Below are positions 53,178 to 64,000 of a stretch of DNA of 64,000 nucleotides, piece by piece; the stretch's first letter is position 1, and every line of letters begins with the position of its first letter. This DNA comes from Tubiluchus corallicola. Lineage: Eukaryota > Animalia > Priapulida. Where the stretch lies: NCBI GenBank assembly GCA_030141605.1, contig JAQGDQ010000615.1, positions 62,001-126,000 of the forward strand. Reading direction: 5' to 3'. The notes under the pieces are model-generated. The model made no database searches and was not told the origin of the DNA. It saw only the letters and a list, made by a program, of their open reading frames with translations. A program made the translations under genes and the position numbers.

Positions 53178-56100
53178 TTATTTGTTTTCAAACGCATTGG
53201 CTCTCGCTTTAAATGCTGCCTTCTTATCTTCTTCCGCTTTCTGTGCTTCCTTTTCTTTTCGTTTCCGCTCGTGATCTTTCCGCTGTTCCTCCAGGCATTC
53301 CTGTCTGTACTTTTCCTCGTCTTGCGTTTTACGAGCCTAAAAACCCGGCATGTGCAGAGTAATGATCTCAATTTTTGTTTACAAAAATGTGAAGCGCTTT
53401 AGGCTTCTGCAGTGGGGATAACAGCGCTGAATGAATGCAGTGTAAAAGTACCTCTTAATTACCTTAGATTGATGTAAAAGTACCTCTTAACTACCTCAGA
53501 TTGATGTAAAAGTACCTCTTAATTACCTTAGATTGATGTAAAAGTACAGAATTCTAAAACAGTTGGGCTATTAGGTTTTATGACATGCAATGTTTCATTA
53601 CAAAAAGGTGGTTGTGATGGCAGGGAAAGACAATGCCAGTGCTTGTGATGGCAGGGAAAGACAGTGCCAGTGCTTGTGATGGCAGGGAAAGACAATGCCA
53701 GTGCTTGTGATGGCAGGGAAAGACAATGCCAGTGCTTGTGATGGCAGGGAAAGAAAATTCCGGTGCTAGTGATGGCAGGGAAAGACAATGCCAGTGCTTG
53801 TGATGGCAGGGAAAGACAATGCCAGTGCTTGTGATGGCAGGGAAAGACAATGCCAGTGCTTGTGATGGCAGGGAAAGACAATGCCAGTGCTTGTGATGGC
53901 AGTGAAAGACAATGCCAGTGCTTGTGATGGCAGGGAAAGACAATGCCAGTGCTTGTGATGGCAGGGAAAGACAATGCCAGTGCTTGTGATGGCAGGGAAA
54001 GACAATGCCACGATGTTTTTGAAAGTAAAGCGCTGTTTTGAGACTGACACACTGCTTTACCTAGCGCACCATAGTTACTGTTATCATATTCACATGAATG
54101 TGTAGAACTTTGTAGTCTGGCTTTAATAAGTAATTAAGTGTCACTATTTCTTGCATTAAAAAGAAATGATGTTGAAAAGAACTCAAGTCTACCAAGAGAT
54201 CTTTCCAAACACCTTGTATAAATACCTCTAACTAAGCCCATTGAGTCTATGTAGTAAAATTTGGTAAATCGCATATATATATATACGTATGTATTGCAGA
54301 GCATGCCAGATGTACGAATGCTCATGAAATGTAGACCTCCAGGGCCCTTAGACTGTTGATGTGGGATGCATCATTAGAACTTCTTTCACTCTCTATAATC
54401 TCCCAGAGATTATTACAGTCAGGATTCAATATTTGGTGCATGCTTCACTATACTCATAACGATATGATCAACTTTCCAACTTGCACAATTTTTGATTTTT
54501 TTGCAACAAAACCAAGTGTAACTGAAGATAAGTAACTTGTTCTGTCCAGAGAAATAGAATTCACGTAATTAATTTGCTACAAATAAAAGATACCTATTAT
54601 TCTACTTGAATCAAATGAGGATGCGGTTGACAGGAAATCAATTTTCTGGAGAAATTTCTCAGGATAAGCACCAAGCAGAAAAAACCTGATCTGATTTACA
54701 AGCGGCTGATTTGCATCTAGGAATTACAGGGCAAGCCTGTGAGCGGAAGAAAGATGAGCAGTACAAACAAAAGGGTAGGATTTAGGCAGGGCCTATTTCA
54801 GCCTAGGCGAGGCCCGGGGAAGTGGGACATGTGAGGCCCCCTCGGGGGGGGGGGTGTCTCGCAAAGCACCGGGGGGGGCACACACCATGGTTGGCATCCA
54901 GAAAATTTTTGAACTGCTAGAATGCTGGAGAAGTATTTTCGAAGAAAAAATATGGAATTATACAGTTGTTAAAGGAAAGAACAATTGAAAGAAAAACTGC
55001 TTTTTATTCTCAAGACCAGTCCTTAATACTTGTCAATACTGGCAAACGGTGCACGTGCGGCAGGAGAGAGAGGAGCCAGTATGTTCGCATAAAGCAAAAA
55101 AAGGTTACCTTGGCGCGAGGCCCCGGGGAAGTATCACCACTTCCCCCCCTTGAAATAGGCCCTGGACTTAGGAACCAATGACAAGCCTGTGAGCGGAAGA
55201 AAGATGAACAGTACAAACTACAAACAAAATGCTGGGACTTAGGAACCGGTAACGAGAGGTCGTGAGAGCATCTTGTATATAGTACTATATTAGGGATAGC
55301 AAAAAAAACGACTTATAGAAACTGGCCTTTGATGAAGAGACTACAAGGTTGATGCCAAATTAGACCGCACCAAGTTGGCAATATGATTTGCAATGTGTTA
55401 AGATTGTTACGGTAATAAGCTTTGGTATCAGCACATGTATGACTGCAGCATCTCGTACAAGGAAATACTTGGCACGGTAAGAATAAGGAATTTGTAGCAG
55501 GAAGCCAATTACAGGAAATGAAGCTTGTTTTCTGAACATACCAGTTGCATATTGCTCCACCATAGGCTTCACTACCCCCTACGAAAATTAATGTTTGATG
55601 AAGAGACTCAGGAGTTAACTATAAATTGAGTCGATATTAAAGATTCTTTAACGATCGCAGAGGAGTTAGCAATCAGAGCTTTTAGCTATTAATAAAGTGG
55701 TGAATGTTTTTTTTATTTAGTGGTTTTTGTTTTTTATCAAAACATAAGTACACTACTGGCACAAAAATTATGAAAATTACTTTGTGTTACTAGTAAGTCT
55801 AATGAAAACACAAACCTGCAGTACAATGTGCAAAAATTTACATGATATACATGCTGCAAAGAAAAGCACTAAGTGTTGTCATAGGCATTGTTGCAAGCAG
55901 CTGTTTGTGGTAAATAGGAAATTGTGTGAAATGATCAGTGATTTTGGGGCTTGGTAGGATGACATTGCATTCATTTTTTTCTCACTGACTTTGACTGTAC
56001 TTACCTGGGCCTCAAAATATTTGGCAGAACTTCCGACGCCTTTTTCTTTCACATCAATCTCTGGTGCATCGCGATCTCTGTTCGCTTGCACCATCTTGGC

Positions 56101-58673
56101 TAGCTCTGTTCCATTTGGCATGTCTCCCAACACGGACTTCCTCAACATGAGCAGAAATTCTCTCATGTTTAATTTTCCATCTAGGTCTTCATCTGCTTCC
56201 TGAAAGATGAGTTCTTAGATTAAATTAAGGCAACTTTGCTAATTTATATGTTGTATAACCAGTGGTGGCTTGTAGCTTAAATTAGTGGGGGTGCTGCTTC
56301 AGAAGTTTTTTAGCCGTATTTTAATACTGTGTAAAACGAAACAAACACATGCAATTTTAACGTCGTAATTTGTAATTTCAAACCAACAAACATATAAAAA
56401 TTTATACACAAATTCGATAAAATGCTAAGCAAAAAATATTGTTTCCTTACGCATGGCCTAAATTGTCACAGTTCAAGAATATGCTGGAAAACGGCTTTTA
56501 AGCGCGTGACAACTGGCAACACACACTGCGTGAGCGACAGTACTCTTTCTACCTAAGTACAGCATCTTATCTCAGACAAGTGCGCATGGCCGTATTCGCA
56601 CAACAGCCAAACACCATGTTGCTGGAACTGTGAACGCACTGTGTTGGGCTGTGAAGCAAACAGTACTACCCTCACGTGCTCTGGACCATACATGTATAAA
56701 GAAAAACCACTTATTCTATTGAATATTATCGATAATATTGACTGAAAATAGGGGGTGCTGCAGTTCCCACAGTACCTATACACGAGCTGCCACTGTGTAT
56801 GACTCATGGCTAAAGTAACCATGACTGCAGAATGATTTTTTGAGATGTAATGAAGCTAAGACAGATTAACAGATCTCACCGTTTGTAGATTACATTGCAC
56901 GTTTGGACCAAGACACAAATCTTACAATGCAAGAAATGAGCAATAAAAGCTGGGTTGCATAACAGTCCCATCAAATGGAATGATCACCTTCCTATTATTT
57001 ATCACATTAACATTACGTAGAGAAATCTTAACATTTTGGAAGCTGCATATCTGAAGATTATGACGCAGAAGTAAAAATGAAATGAGGAATACAGCGACTA
57101 TTGGATTGAAAGTTGTACAAAAAATGTCTCTACTCTGCCCATGTATGCCTATTGTGACTGGTAAGTAAATTTCAGTGAAGATTTTTTTTACCTGTTGACT
57201 GTCTTTTAAAACCATTGCTTAAGTTAGACATTATTTCAGTAAATTGGAAAAAAAGAAAGGGCACCTGCTTGTGTTAGCACAAAATTGGTTCGTCAGCGTG
57301 GTTTTGAAGAGGGGCGAAAAAGCAACGCCAGACCAAAGAAGACTTATGGCAGTCCAGCAAAGGGAACAGAGAGAATATGATGGGTAACGACAGGTTTCAT
57401 TAAAAGCAGGAAGCAGTAAATAAATATAATTATCACTTTGTGAAATTTGAAGTGTTATCCAGCCATTTCAGTGAATTTTAGTGTGTAGTTTTAAAGTCAA
57501 GCACTAATTAGAGATAGTTAAAAATCTGATCACCAAATTTGCTTGTTTTATTGGCAGCGACAATACTAATTTACATATATTACATATGCCATAATAAAGA
57601 AGGAATTGCTCTTTTAGTAATAATAGCTAGTAGAGTAAGAAGCGAGTTCTGAAAAAGTGAAATTCATTATACATAAAGTTATTTCCAGTATAAAACCTAA
57701 TGTTTCTTTTTTGTACTTTTTTGTGCTGCATATTTACAAGAATCAAAGTCGATTACCTTGATTTGAGCTTTTATTTGCAAATGAGTCAGTGGTTCTCCGC
57801 ATTTTTCATGCATCTTCTTTAGCTCATCCATATTGAGGCAATTATCCTTGTCTTCATCAAACCTGAACAAGTTTTACACAGTTAATTTTAATTTCAAGAA
57901 CATCAAAAATAAATGACGGTACTTAAAGAAATTTTAAATATTAACGAAAGACAGAGTTACTGAAATGAAAATAAAACGAAGTGTGAAAGGCTGCAGTAGG
58001 AGGAGGCCTTGAACCAGGAACTTTTTGAACACTAGACTGTCTTTTTTGATGGGATTTGCAGGCTGGTCTAGGCACTGATCAAGGCTGAGAGATGGGCAAT
58101 TATTTCTTAATCTGTTTCAGTCTTTTGCATCCACTTTTTTATTGTTAAATTTTGAGAATTTAATAACATTTAACATTGGATTTCAATATAATCACGATAG
58201 TTAGTTGTGAAACTGAAACAGGTGTTGAGCATCACTCAGGAACGAGATTTCTGAGCCAATGTCAATCTGAAATTTGAAATAAAAACGCAAACTCTATACC
58301 CAATGAGCTATTGACTATAAATAGGAAGTAAATTATATCAGAAATGTGAAGAACTGTGCGTTCTCTTTGTTACCTACATTATCTCTTGAATTATTTTGCT
58401 TCGTACATTTTGAAAAAATGCAAGACGTACACTATTAACATACACTAACACCAAGAAAACTTACTATGAATTAAAAACTTACTGCTTAAATATTTCTTCA
58501 AATCGTTTCACCTGACCTCGAGAAAACTCGCTGAATTCTGGATATGGGTGAGCATACTTCTCAAGAGGATCCTCGTAATCTCTCATGTGCTTTTTGGCAG
58601 CCCCTTCTTTACCTAACTCCTCGTTAAGTTTTACACGATTCTCCAACTTTTTGGACAGTTCATTAGTTGCCAT
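53178..58673 (-). CDS. EFHD2: EF-hand domain protein D (swiprosin-1 / EFHD1-EFHD2 co-orthologue), 4 exons
   Basis: Exons 58673-58483, 57862-57757, 56199-56005, 53336-53178; YPEFSEFSR, EF hands DEDKDNCLNMDE and DEDLDGKLNMRE, EIDVKEKGVGSSAKYFEA, coiled-coil tail ending KAAFKARANAF. Confidence 0.92.
53442..53546. repeat. 32-bp tandem repeat, about 3 copies
   Basis: Unit tgtaaaagtacctcttaattaccttagattga. Confidence 0.9.
53612..54010. repeat. 31-bp minisatellite, about 13 copies
   Basis: Unit ttgtgatggcagggaaagacaatgccagtgc. Confidence 0.95.
54787..55164. mobile_element. hAT-like MITE
   Basis: TIR cagggcctatttca / tgaaataggccctg; 8-bp TSD gatttagg / gacttagg. Confidence 0.85.
56260..56795. mobile_element. 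hAT-like MITE
   Basis: TIR cagtggtggcttgt / acgagctgccactg; 8-bp TSD tgtataac / tgtatgac. Confidence 0.8.
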
Positions 58674-59213
58674 TCTTCTCCTCTTTAGCGTAGAAACTGC
58701 TGAGCGTTGTTAAATTAGCAGCAAAATGTACTGCACACCAGATCTAACAATTACGTAGCATTATCAATTTTCGGTGCATTTTGTGAAACAGGCTTATCTA
58801 CTGTGTGCTCAGTTTACCTCTCATGAGTTGTTACAAAGTGTGTACAAATAGCCAGTGATCTCATTCATCACTGAAAAACCAGTGAATCAACAGATTAGCA
58901 TCTTCCAAGGTGCCGGATTCATAAACCAAAGGAAAGCAAAGCAGCTGATGCCACTGATACAGTAGCTGCTTGCTACGTCACGTTTTTGTTACTGCGTTTG
59001 AGCGGTCTTTTTGTTGCTAGGTGGCAGCACAAGCAAACACAACATGGGAGCTTACTGTCATGATCTTCAAAAACTGCTATGAAGAATTCTAAAAAAAGTG
59101 TCATGAATTTTACACTGGAGTTACTGCCAACGGGATAACAAAAACGTTGAGAGTGCGAAAGAGCTATTTTTAACTTATTCTTTTCTAGGGCAAATAGGGC
59201 GTGTAAACTCATG

Positions 59214-60126
59214 TGTTGGGAGCCGTTTGGACCACTGCGCCAAGTAGACCACTTGATGCGCTAAAAGTAGTGTCCTACATGGGCAGCCCAAGTAGGACAC
59301 TAGCGATTTTTGTCGAGAAACTTGCTCTGGCAAAACTTGTTTCCAGTTTATATTACCATTGTTTATAAGTATTATTATGACATAATAAAGCATAAAACAA
59401 AATTTCTTTTAGAAATGGATATTCCTTGGCAATTTACAAATGCATTTCTTACAATAATTTCATCATTATGATTAACTCCATTAATATATCATAACATTAA
59501 ACCTAGTATCTAATGCTTTAAAGAGAGAAATTCTGCACACAGTTATTACAGAAATAATTGCAAATTTAAAAATGAGACAGATGCTGCTAAGCCTTCACAA
59601 CACCAAAAAGTAATTTTTAACATTTAAGAAAAGCAAGGATAATTAGTTTTAATATTATCAGTAGTATTGTAACATGTAGGGCACTGTCCTACATGGCTCG
59701 CTAGCCCATGTAGGACACATAGATCGCTAGAACGTTTACTTATAAGAAAACAATTATTTGTCCAAGAGGTAGTGTAATGGATCACCTGTTTGTGAAGTGA
59801 GACAAAATCAAAAATGATATACCTTAAACAAATGTTGAATTCGCAAAAAAGTGGGGTTTTTCACTTCAACAACATTAATATCGAAACCAAATTTAATATT
59901 GTCCGTTCTACCAGCTCAGAATAAAATTCTTTTATTTTATTAGATGTATAATAAATTATTCAACGTGTATTAACGTTTTTAATTATTATTATTACATAAA
60001 CAAGCACAACGGACGGTGTCAGTACACTTAACGACTGAATTCACGACCTGTCTCTAGTGTCCTACTTGGGCAGCCCAAGTAGACCAATTGGTCTACTTGG
60101 CGCAGTGGTCCAAACGGCTCCCAACA
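59214..60126. mobile_element. Non-autonomous DNA transposon with TGT...ACA ends and 5-bp TSD (Ginger-like)
   Basis: Perfect TIR of about 38 bp tgttgggagccgtttggaccactgcgccaagtagacca; TSD tcatg at 59209-59213 and 60127-60131. Confidence 0.85.
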
Positions 60127-60319
60127 TCATGGTTTTTTTAATTTTCATATATGTTTCTATTATTTCATGTGTTCAGTAAAACATGTACGTAGTAGGTGAA
60201 TTAAATTTTGAATGATTTTTTATACACTTACTTATATGATTATACTTTTTCTGTAATTTCTTGAGTAAATTTATTAACGCAGGTTTTCAATTATTGTAGG
60301 CAAGTTCAAAGTTGTCATT

Positions 60320-61617
60320 ATGTTGGAAGGTCTTGCTGCATGGGTGTTGAATACATACGTGGGGGAATATTTGGAAAACCTAAACACCGATCAGTTATCC
60401 ATAGGCTTACTGCAAGGTCAGTAGAATTTTATTTTAGGTTTGCTGTAATTATTTTGTAATTTGTAATATTTTCTTGGGAAAAACATCCAACAGACTGTAC
60501 TGCGCTATGTTAAATAAGTTTGAATTTATTGTAGGGTGGCTGATTTGGTAACGTTATGTTTGTCACCACGCCTTTTTCTTCTCATTTAGATGGATATGAC
60601 TTGTAATATAACATGCTTGTTTTTATGTCAGGGATAAAAATAAATTGTTTGATTTAATTATTTGATCGAGTGCTTAAAAACCAAGTGTAGCAAGATGGCT
60701 GTGGTCTTGGGTCACCCGCACTGAAATTATTGCTCTGCAAATTAAATACTAAACTGTTTATGGGGTCAGCAAAGAATGTACTTATTTAGTTATTTACTCA
60801 CTCACTCATTCACTCACTGACTTATTCACTACGTAGGTGCACTTGAGTTGGAGAACCTTCCTTTGCGAAAAGATGCCCTGAAGAAATTTGGACTTCCTTT
60901 ACAAGTTAAAGCAGGTATGTAACATTAGTCTATACATTTATTTCTGATTCTCGGTACCTAAATAAGAAGACATACATTTTGCCAGGTCTTTTTGGTACTC
61001 CCTTTACTTGAAGTGTTCTATTTCTCATTTACAGGTTTTGTGGGAAAAATAAAACTTTCCATACCTGTGCGAAAAATTCGTAGTGAACCATGGCTAATAA
61101 CTATAGAGAGGCTGTATCTAGTAGCGGGCCCTCTACCACATGTGCAGGTACTGATACCAATTTTCTAATTTTAGTTTAACATCGAGTTCTGTTATGGTAA
61201 CTCACAAATTGACACTTAAACTGCTTCAAATCAAACCTAACAAGTTTATTCCAAAATTTCTTTTTCTGTGGCTAGCTCTCACAGGAGACATTAGACATTT
61301 TCGGCCTGTCACACGCTATGCTAGTTAATAACTCAATGAAATGTGTGTGATTTGCACGGTGAATTTAAAAGGCAAATGTGACAATTACTGAGTTAACGGA
61401 ATGAACCCAAATCATGCTGTATATTAATTAGTGTTGGACAGTAGTGGCACTGCAAGTAGCAGTTTGATAATGGCACAACATTTGCACAAGCTAGCAAAAC
61501 CTGGTGAGAGCTTGCCTTGAATTTTGCTTCACAGATTTGGCCACCCTTTCATTCTTTCTCTTCTCTGTCTCCCTTCTCTCCTTTTTTTCCTTTCTCTCTC
61601 TCTCTCTGCTTCTCTCG

Positions 61618-61710
<93 letters not shown>

Positions 61711-63268
61711 CCCCCTTTCTCTGTCTGTCTTTTCTGTCTCTTGTTCTTTTATCTTTTTATTTTTCTCTCACTTCCCTCCCTCTCTTTCTCTCTCTCATTC
61801 TAGTTGTTTGTTTGCCTCGTGAAATAATTTATTTTTAGACGGAAATAATTTTTTCAAAAAACAACTTCACCCCCACCCACCCTCTCAGTGCATCACCGTC
61901 AAAGTTATATAAAGAACTCACTGGGCATAGTGTAGATATGGAGATCTAGGCTGGACACATACCACCATGCCTTTTGCTCCACCATTAATAAGTATAGCGC
62001 CATCAGTATTTTCACTACTGTAAAAGTAGTTATAACAATGATGCAATAAACTGTATTAAGTGCGTGAATTTTGTTCAACTTCCAGTTTGACAAGAATGCA
62101 GAAGAGGAAGCGCAGAGGCTGAGAAAGCAGTCCCAACTTGACACCCTTGAGGAACAGTGGAGGGTAGGTTTAAAATTCTTTGATTTTGTGATTAGTGTTA
62201 GGGGAGCTGCAAAGAACTGCTTTCATTGGTGTCGGTGATTACTAATACAGTAAGTCCTCACTTAACGATGCTAACGCATTCCAGCAAAATGTGACGTTTT
62301 ATGAAACGTCGTTAAACGAAACCAAAACTTCCATGAAAAATAATGTAAAAAAATTGAGATACGTTCCGGAGGCAAAAATCAATGCTGTTTAAATCATGTA
62401 AATTAAACATTTTATGTCAGGAAGCAAAAACATATTAATAATTTGTTTTGTATTAATAGTCTATTTTTATAACAGAATAATGCAATGTGTAGCATTTTTA
62501 ATGCTTTAAATTAGGTAAAAAATTCGTTGGCAGAATAGATTGAAAACTGCAGGTAGTCGGTGACCTACGTGTCCGGTCCAGCTTACGACCCTTACGATCA
62601 CAACTTAATTAGTTAATTATACAAAACTAACTATAAGTCATATTTGCTTCTATTTTTTTAAGTCAAATAAATTTAAGACAAATAAATAAAATTTTAATCA
62701 CTATCTTTTTTGATCAATTTGTTGGTAAGCGCTACCATATTTAGTACGCGCACACAGTGTCTTACATATTGGTTGCATCGATTGGACTTTCATCCAGTTT
62801 GTCTTACGATCAATCTGTAGACAAATGCAAAATATTAATTGTAATTACAATGTTAATGTTAAGTTTGTTATTAATGTTACTACAAACTCCACAATTAACG
62901 AAATTTTGATACCAAACAACAGGAAATGTGAAAAGGTTAGTGTGCAGCTTGGATCTGAACCAGGGATCTTCTGTTTATGTTGCAGTATATCATAAAACAA
63001 ATATATATATATTTGTATATATATACATACGTGTTTTTCATAGCGGGAACACTATCCCACCTCATTACCGCCAGATTCCGGTGATGGTTACACGGCCTCC
63101 TGGTGGGCGTTGGGAACATCGCTGGCATCGAATATTCTTGCAAATGTACAGTTGAAGATTAGTGATGTTCACATTCGTTACGAGGACGGTCAGACGCATC
63201 CCGGTCAAGCTTTTGCTTGTGGTGTCATCATCAAAGGTTTGTCAGCACAAAGCGTCGATGAATCTTGG
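60320..63268 (+). CDS. VPS13D: VPS13D, first five coding exons (chorein N-terminal domain); continues beyond the window
   Basis: Exons 60320-60416, 60837-60914, 61035-61147, 62086-62163, 63044-63268; [47 protein letters not shown]...SEPW...[15 protein letters not shown]. Confidence 0.95.
61555..61800. repeat. (CT)n microsatellite and pyrimidine tract
   Basis: Directly visible. Confidence 0.95.
62248..62400 (+). mobile_element. Tigger/pogo-like terminal fragment
   Basis: TA-cagtaagtcctcacttaacg...gtcgttaaacgaaac resembles Tigger ends; right end not identified. Confidence 0.45.
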
Positions 63269-63419
63269 GTAAGTTTTGGCAGCTCAAGCAGAATGTTATG
63301 CTTTTTAACCTGTGTATGAGTATTTTTATAATTTTTTATCATTTCTTCCTAGTAACAGTTTCCTAATATTTCTCTATCGTTATTATTCTTATCTGTTTAG
63401 CAGTTTTCTAAATTTATCC

Positions 63420-63710
63420 TTTCTTCTCTCTCTCTCTCTCTCTCTCTCTCATTCTAGTTGTTTGTTTGCTTCGTGAAATTTATTCGCAGACGGAAATAAT
63501 TTTTTCAAAAAACAACCCCACCCCCACCCTCTCACGGCATCACCGTCGATGAATCTTGTGTAAGTTTTGGCAACTCGAGCAGAATGTTTTGCTTTTTAAC
63601 CTGTGTATGAGTTTTTTTTATAATTTTTTATCATTTCTTCCATGTAACAGTTTCCTAATATTTCTCTATCGTTGTTATTCTTTTCTGTTTAGCAGTTTTC
63701 TAAATTTCTG
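63420..63710 (+). repeat. Chimeric local duplication inside VPS13D intron 5
   Basis: 63420-63547 copies about 61780-61900; 63544-63710 copies 63253-63415 (end of exon 5 plus donor). Confidence 0.88.
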
Positions 63711-64000
63711 CATCATTATTCTTCTCAGAGTGTACGTTTTTTTTAATTTTTTTGACAAGATAGTTTTGTTTGGTTATATTGAAACCACGCACTTCCATAT
63801 ATACATCTTTTTATAAATTACAGATGATGAGTTTTTTGACTTAATCTGCCTGAATTGCTTTGCACCTGATTAATTATTGCTTTTTGGATGCATCATTTTC
63901 TTCTGTATTACTTTCACAAGTGGTGGTTCAATGACAGCACTACCAAATGTTAATCGCCAAATGAGTGTCTCATTGAACTTCACTCTATAACATCTAATAA

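Overview
AT-rich, intron-rich eukaryotic DNA from an invertebrate animal (taxon not determinable from this window). By stitching GT-AG exons by hand I reconstruct seven genes: the 3' half of a cytosolic sulfotransferase (+), a 7-exon secreted protein made of a GYG-rich low-complexity region fused to a divergent pentraxin domain (+), a fukutin-like gene with an essentially intronless CDS (+), GRWD1 (-), eIF5A (+), an EFHD/swiprosin gene (-) and the first five coding exons of VPS13D (+). Introns and intergenic DNA carry a 5'-truncated CR1/L2-type LINE plus a relative, 5S-rRNA-derived SINEs, several MITEs (piggyBac-, Kolobok-, hAT- and Ginger-like termini) and many minisatellites. The most notable items are (i) minisatellites built from hammerhead-ribozyme motifs, one with a complete core on the GRWD1 pre-mRNA strand, plus dispersed Penelope-type hammerhead relics; (ii) the GYG-pentraxin fusion protein; (iii) a tandem duplication across a GRWD1 splice donor that creates three potential in-frame 27-nt microexons; and (iv) 5S-headed SINEs. 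All calls were made by eye with no database searches.
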